This document shows positions 27,837 to 32,000 of a stretch of 32,000 nt of DNA, piece after piece. Below the pieces are notes generated by a model. The model was given only the letters and a program-made list of their open reading frames with translations, had not been told where the DNA came from and ran no database searches. This stretch comes from Candidatus Scalindua sp. Lineage in GTDB: Bacteria; Planctomycetota; Brocadiia; Brocadiales; Scalinduaceae. The DNA lies in NCBI GenBank assembly GCA_031316235.1, contig JALDRA010000001.1, positions 4,080,001-4,112,000 on the forward strand. The letters run 5' to 3'. Numbering within the stretch: the first letter of the stretch is position 1; each line of letters begins with the position of its first letter. The position numbers and the translations under genes were made by a program.

Positions 27837-27977
27837 TATACTCATCTCATACTGGATTTCGGATAAAATCCGAGATAAAATTGAGCGAGTACAAGTCCTC
27901 GGCGCTTTTAGTCCGGGGATACCTTCACCAGGATTTGGTTTTCCGGTAAAACCGAAAACCAAATCGGTTTTCGTATA
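27837..27977 (+). repeat. Structured MITE/BIME-like repeat, copy 7 (141-bp long form)
   Basis: tatactcatctcatactggatttcggataaaatccgagataaaattgagcgagtacaagtcctcggcgcttttagtccggggataccttcaccaggatttggttttccggtaaaaccgaaaaccaaatcggttttcgtata. Lies between the plsC stop and the glycine-zipper gene start. Confidence 0.9.
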
Positions 27978-28091
27978 GTTGTTGGTAATTTCAATAGCAG
28001 TACCTTTATTACTGAAACTGTTTCTATCGTCACGGTTGGAATTATCGGCATGCCTGCCGGTTTTTTTAGTCTGTAATCGCGATAATGACTC

Positions 28092-28751
28092 TCAGCTACC
28101 ATTGGTAACAGTTTCTATTCTTTGAAATAGCTCTTTAGATGCTACTCTTAATTCTGAAAGACTTTCCGGTATCTTCCCGATTGTCTCATCAATCCTGAAA
28201 GGTTTTCCAAAAACCATTTTTACCCAATATTTTCGTGTCAGCAGATCAAATATCGTTCCACCCAACACACTTATAGTACCATCAAGATTAGACTCTATTT
28301 TAAGAGGCACAATTAATTTACCGCTTTTGGCAGCAACATAGGAAATTCCCCTGCGGGGTCTGATCTTTTTACCCCGTCTTATGCCACCTTCAGGAAAAAT
28401 AACAACCCTTTCACCATGGTCTAATTTATTTATTATTTCTCTACCGGATGATTCCAGATCCAGACTCTTTCGGACAGGAATTCCTCCCGTAAAACGATAA
28501 AAGAACAAGATCTTATAAAAATAATCATCAGCCACGTAAAAAATGGGAATATATTTCGAACGAAATGGAAGGGAAATTAAAACCGATATGGGATCCAGAT
28601 ACGAAATATGATTTACGGCTAAAATAAAAGAGTCATCGGTCTTCAGGAGATTATGCGTTCCCTCGACCTTAAAATCCAAGAAGATTCGAAACAGAAACAA
28701 AAAAGGCCAGTATAATGATAGCTGTATTATTTTTATAATAATTCTACGCAT
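28092..28751 (-). CDS. plsC: 1-acyl-sn-glycerol-3-phosphate acyltransferase family (lysophospholipid acyltransferase)
   Basis: 219 aa, ATG start. N-terminal TM segment. Acyltransferase motif I NHISYLD (HX4D) and motif III VVIFPEGG. Confidence 0.85.
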   Translation of the reverse strand: MRRIIIKIIQLSLYWPFLFLFRIFLDFKVEGTHNLLKTDDSFILAVNHISYLDPISVLISLPFRSKYIPIFYVADDYFYKILFFYRFTGGIPVRKSLDLESSGREIINKLDHGERVVIFPEGGIRRGKKIRPRRGISYVAAKSGKLIVPLKIESNLDGTISVLGGTIFDLLTRKYWVKMVFGKPFRIDETIGKIPESLSELRVASKELFQRIETVTNGS

Positions 28752-29013
28752 CGTAATGCATTCAGACTGAAGCAGGTTTGTGCAATGTAAGTTTTACAGT
28801 CAATGATTCCGAGAAAAATACTACCGTAATTTCTCCTGGAAATTATAATTTTGTTTTTATAATAGGCAGAGATCCAGCAGTTTTCCATCAATATGTTGAT
28901 TTGAAACTGGATATTTTTGACGTATCAGGTCTAAGTCTCAGTCTTGTTGGCAATTAAATATATTCAATTTCTCATGACAGATTCAATAATAGCTGACATC
29001 TGTTTTTGACCGT

Positions 29014-29703
29014 TTAATTATACTTTTCGAGGGTTTTGAAGAATATTGCGGTAAGAAAACCAAGAAGCGTGGATATACCGACGAGCGAACTGCCTTTGAA
29101 ATATGCTTCAGGCAACATGGTTTCGGCAACCATCGTCAACATTGAACCGGCAGCGACCCCTTCGACGAGATAAAAAAGGGCTGGCGGAGCTTCCGTAAAA
29201 AAAATACTCCCCAACGCCGAACCAATCCCGGTTATTACCATCAGAGATGTCCACATCGTTAAAATCTTGGTAAAGCTGTATCCCTGTTCCTTCATCCCCA
29301 CGGAACTCGACAGCGCTTCGGGATAATTCGAAAGAAAAAGTCCCACCAGCAGAGAGAGACTTAAATGAGAATGTATCATGCTGGATCCAATAACGAGAGA
29401 TTCTGGAATTCCATCCAGCATGATGCCGAGCCAGATAGCGACAGGAGCACCCGGGTGTTGCTTTACTGCCTGCGACATTTCAAATGTTGAAGGCGTAAAC
29501 CCTCCCGTGCTGATGCTGCGCACAGCTCTTCGACTCCACTCAGTTGCATGTTGATGGTCAAGATACTGTCTCTGTTCCAGATAATTGTACATCTCTTCAC
29601 GTTGCAGAAAATCCTGTATGGCCCGGTTAAGTCGTTTGGATTTCAAGAGCAGCTCCTTAAAATCTCTCCTGCGCAGGATCCAGACTGTTGTATTAGGGTG
29701 CAT
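29014..29703 (-). pseudogene. 5'-truncated gene: ZIP-like five-TM metal-transporter core preceded by a soluble segment resembling the end of a cNMP-binding domain
   Basis: C-terminal part of the 29014-30021 ORF. ZIP TM4/TM5/TM7-like motifs are LDGIPESLVIG, LSNYPEALSS and VAAGSMLTMVAETMLPEA. Upstream, NTTVWILRRRDFKELLLKSKRLNRAI resembles the C-terminal strand and helix of a CAP-type cNMP-binding domain. The ORF portion above about 29722 is antisense to the transposase gene and is not credible coding sequence. The first in-frame Met after the transposase stop is at 29703. Confidence 0.55.
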
Positions 29704-31164
29704 TCCCAATTTATTGTAAAATTTATTTAACAATTCGAAGACTTCTCTTAAATTTTTTATTTTTAATTCTTTCCTGGTCGTCCCTTTTGTATTTTTCGAT
29801 AACTTTATCGTAAGTACCGTTATATTTCGCGCATCTGATCTTGAGTATGTTATTAGCGTTTTGGATATACCACCAAGCTCCTGATCGTTTAAGCCTTGTA
29901 TGGCTAATGAATTTATTGGCGCTTTCAATAGCACCGCTGCCAATGTGATATCCTCCACGCTTGGCGGAACTGTAATCCATCTTTTCACAATGATTTGTGA
30001 GATAGGTATAAAACTTGTCAATTTTATCTTGAATATCTTGAGTTCGGGCTTTCATCTTTCCAAGACCGCCAAGCACCTCTTCATGGTAACCATAATATAT
30101 TCTTGTCAGAGTCGCCTCACACCACTGTAGAGACTCTCTTGTCTCTTTTCCGTAATGGGCATTGGCTACACCATGGACATACTCCGAGCAATGGTAATAG
30201 TCGAGAATCTCTTTTGCCGAGGGAAATATTTCTTTACATCGGTTCCAGATCCAGGGAGCACCGTCTCCTATAATTCCCAGGCGTATCTTCTCGTGGGGAA
30301 TAAGCCCGGCTTCTTTGATCTTAACCAAGTATTCTGCTAATTCGTGATCTGCACAAACCTGGTGCCAGCTAATTAAATGAATAATAGTTTGACCATCGAT
30401 GAGATACAGTCTAAAACCTTTAATCTCTTTGTATTCTCCCTTGCCTCTTTTCCCTTTACGGGGGTGAGGACTTGGCTCGGGACGCATCGGCCCGTGGGCT
30501 CCATCCAGGGCAAGCATCATAATGGGACGACGAAACTTATCCACTGAGAGGTTTTCTATCTGCTTATCAATCTCTTCCCTGGGCGGGCAGACATCCAAAA
30601 TTCCCACTTCTTGACCAATGGCATTCGTGGTCTCATGCATATGATGTTCACTCAGCTTTACTCCGGTTATTCTCTCGTAGGTTTCGCTGGCCGTCTCATA
30701 GGCCGTTTCGCTTGACAACCAGGCTTCCACATCTTGCACATCATATTGCTTCGATGATTCAGACAATCCAAGGGCTTCGTCTAAAGGATAGTATCCTAAA
30801 CGACACGCTCTGCAATAAAAATAAGGCCTGGTTAATTCAAATTGTCCGGCAAGGGTTTGGATAGTCTTGGATTGTTTTCCTTGTCTTTGCATACCCTTGC
30901 CGCATTCGGGGCAATCGCAGCTTTGCTGATTCAATAAATGTCCAAATTTCCTCTCTATGAACCCAAGAATCAGTTGTCCTAATATCTCCGCTCTCTCTTC
31001 GAAAACAGCTTTTGAGATTTCTCCTAAATCTTCCATTGAGTACTCTTCCTCAATCTTATCCAATCGGGTGTCTAAAAAACCATAAAATAAAGCTCTCCAG
31101 TTATCGGATGACTCTATCTTTCTTTTCACCACACAAGTCAAAAATACCCCCTTTCAAAAGACTT
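29700..31164 (-). mobile_element. Insertion sequence (ISKra4-like); boundaries approximate, terminal inverted repeats not resolved
   Basis: A single transposase ORF fills the interval. It is flanked on one side by a truncated host gene and on the other by the stop codon of the methyltransferase gene, 23 nt away. Confidence 0.5.
29723..31141 (-). CDS. DDE transposase, ISKra4-like family (family assignment tentative)
   Basis: 472 aa. TTG start at 31141 with AAAGGGGG 6-7 nt upstream. Zinc-finger-like CDCPECG...YFYCRACRLGYYPLDEALGL. DDE-type blocks MLALDGAHGPMR, IIGDGAPWIWN, LDYYHCSEY. Confidence 0.8.
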   Translation of the reverse strand: MTCVVKRKIESSDNWRALFYGFLDTRLDKIEEEYSMEDLGEISKAVFEERAEILGQLILGFIERKFGHLLNQQSCDCPECGKGMQRQGKQSKTIQTLAGQFELTRPYFYCRACRLGYYPLDEALGLSESSKQYDVQDVEAWLSSETAYETASETYERITGVKLSEHHMHETTNAIGQEVGILDVCPPREEIDKQIENLSVDKFRRPIMMLALDGAHGPMRPEPSPHPRKGKRGKGEYKEIKGFRLYLIDGQTIIHLISWHQVCADHELAEYLVKIKEAGLIPHEKIRLGIIGDGAPWIWNRCKEIFPSAKEILDYYHCSEYVHGVANAHYGKETRESLQWCEATLTRIYYGYHEEVLGGLGKMKARTQDIQDKIDKFYTYLTNHCEKMDYSSAKRGGYHIGSGAIESANKFISHTRLKRSGAWWYIQNANNILKIRCAKYNGTYDKVIEKYKRDDQERIKNKKFKRSLRIVK

Positions 31165-31830
31165 CTATCGCTCCCTGAATACATCTATGGCGAATAGTAA
31201 CGCCTGACGTTCTAATACAGGCATGGATTTAAGTTTCGCTGTCCACCTTTTGGTCTTCCTCTTTATCCGTTCCCGCTCACGAAAGTTATTGCCAAGATAA
31301 CGATAGTCGTGCAGTCCTACCGGAACACTATAGTTCATCCATAACCACTCCGTTGCTACGCCATGATGACAGACGGCCTGAAAAGAATGTGTCTGCCAGC
31401 TACGCAATGATTCTTTGTATAAGGTTGACTCGTAACCGGATATCATCACCATGCAGGGAAGAGTTTTCAAAACTTCCAAAAGTTCGATGTGCTGCGCACG
31501 GCTATAGTCATATTTATATAGCCGTCCATACTTTTTCCTTGTCTCGCGAAGATATGGTGGGTCACAATATACCAGTTCTTTTCCTGTGAAATGATAATTA
31601 TTCAGATAATTAATTGCGTCATCATGGACCAGTTCAAAACCTATTGGATGCATATTTGTCCACATCTCAACAACTTCCGAGTCAATTTCTATCCCAAAAT
31701 TACTCCTGGCAGGTCGTTTGTTCCGTATAACAGCGCCACCACCCAAATGAGTCTCTATGTAGACATCATGGGGTGGCATAAGATTGATTAACTTTTGGAA
31801 TACACCTCCTTTGCCGCCTGGATAATTCAT
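31165..31830 (-). CDS. D12-class N6-adenine DNA methyltransferase (Dam-like, phage/mobile-element type)
   Basis: 221 aa, ATG start. N-terminal YPGGK. SAM-binding ETHLGGGAV. Catalytic YCDPPY. Basic C-terminal tail. Confidence 0.85.
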   Translation of the reverse strand: MNYPGGKGGVFQKLINLMPPHDVYIETHLGGGAVIRNKRPARSNFGIEIDSEVVEMWTNMHPIGFELVHDDAINYLNNYHFTGKELVYCDPPYLRETRKKYGRLYKYDYSRAQHIELLEVLKTLPCMVMISGYESTLYKESLRSWQTHSFQAVCHHGVATEWLWMNYSVPVGLHDYRYLGNNFRERERIKRKTKRWTAKLKSMPVLERQALLFAIDVFRER

Positions 31831-31874
31831 GGAAGAATTATCGTTGAAAACAACGAGGAAGTCAAGATCTTTTA

Positions 31875-32000
31875 TTATATTTTACAAAAAATCGGGAATG
31901 CTCCCGTTGTATTATCAGTAGCAATAGCGGTTACCGTATGGCAGGCTCCTGTGAGAAAAGCCATTGTTCCAAATGCATCATTCGGATGCAATGTCAGCAA
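31875..32000 (-). CDS. 3' end of an unidentified ORF entering from beyond the window end
   Basis: Own translation, open from 32000 to the TAA at 31877-31875: LLTLHPNDAFGTMAFLTGACHTVTAIATDNTTGAFPIFCKI*. Lies 44 nt upstream of the methyltransferase start on the same strand. No domain recognised. Confidence 0.25.
   Translation of the reverse strand: MLTLHPNDAFGTMAFLTGACHTVTAIATDNTTGAFPIFCKI

Noticed and set aside
29704-30021. N-terminal 106 codons of the 335-aa ORF 29014-30021
   Set aside because: Nearly all of this part is antisense to the 3' end of the transposase CDS and has no recognisable sequence. It stays open by chance. Only the part downstream of the transposase stop is credible.
29689-31219. 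Inverted 8-mer TGTATTAG (29689-29696) / CTAATACA (31212-31219) as possible IS termini
   Set aside because: An 8-bp match within two roughly 100-bp search windows is near chance expectation. It would also place the apparently native C-terminus of the methyltransferase inside the IS. The direct 9-mer AAGACTTCT (about 29749 and about 31159) is equally unconvincing.
1-32000. CRISPR array, tRNA, rRNA or tmRNA genes
   Set aside because: The only recurring sequence is the 112-141 bp repeat, which is irregularly spaced over kilobases and internally structured, unlike a CRISPR array. I saw no T-loop/acceptor-type tRNA signatures or rRNA-like segments. This was a visual scan only, so small ncRNAs cannot be excluded.

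Overview
Gene-dense 32-kb bacterial window, roughly 40-43% GC by eye (not computed). All but four of the roughly 26 coding features I call are on the minus strand. I saw no rRNA, tRNA or CRISPR array.

Gene content, left to right:
- 1-2010: part of a periplasmic type II DMSO-reductase-family (NXR/Ebd-like) module. It holds an EB_dh haem-b (gamma) gene followed by a NarH/NxrB-like Fe-S (beta) gene. The beta gene runs off the window start and is missing from the ORF track.
- 2.5-4.9 kb: an isolated gspG-gspE pair.
- 5-9.2 kb: housekeeping genes (M48 peptidase, PfkB kinase, bioB, one unknown).
- 10.1-16.2 kb: a pentose-phosphate/glucose operon, glk-tkt-pgl-gnd. Directly after gnd lies a frameshifted C-terminal relic of zwf.
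- 16.4-23.6 kb: FGE-sulfatase-family protein, GT4 glycosyltransferase, a small secreted protein, a large M16 peptidase and a fatty-acid-hydroxylase-family protein.
- 23.6-28 kb: an accessory-looking stretch in which two universal-stress proteins alternate with two glycine-zipper lipoproteins.
- 28-32 kb: plsC, a 5'-truncated ZIP-like transporter gene abutting an ISKra4-like transposase, a D12-class adenine methyltransferase, and a partial ORF at the edge.

The most striking feature not explained by genes is a family of seven copies of a 112-141 bp highly structured, modular MITE/BIME-like repeat. All copies are intergenic, and four lie within 2.5 kb around the USP and glycine-zipper genes.

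The taxonomic guess is a Planctomycetota/anammox-like organism. It rests on the NXR-type module, the FGE-sulfatase gene and the GC content, and is low confidence.

All family calls come from motif recognition by eye. No searches were run.
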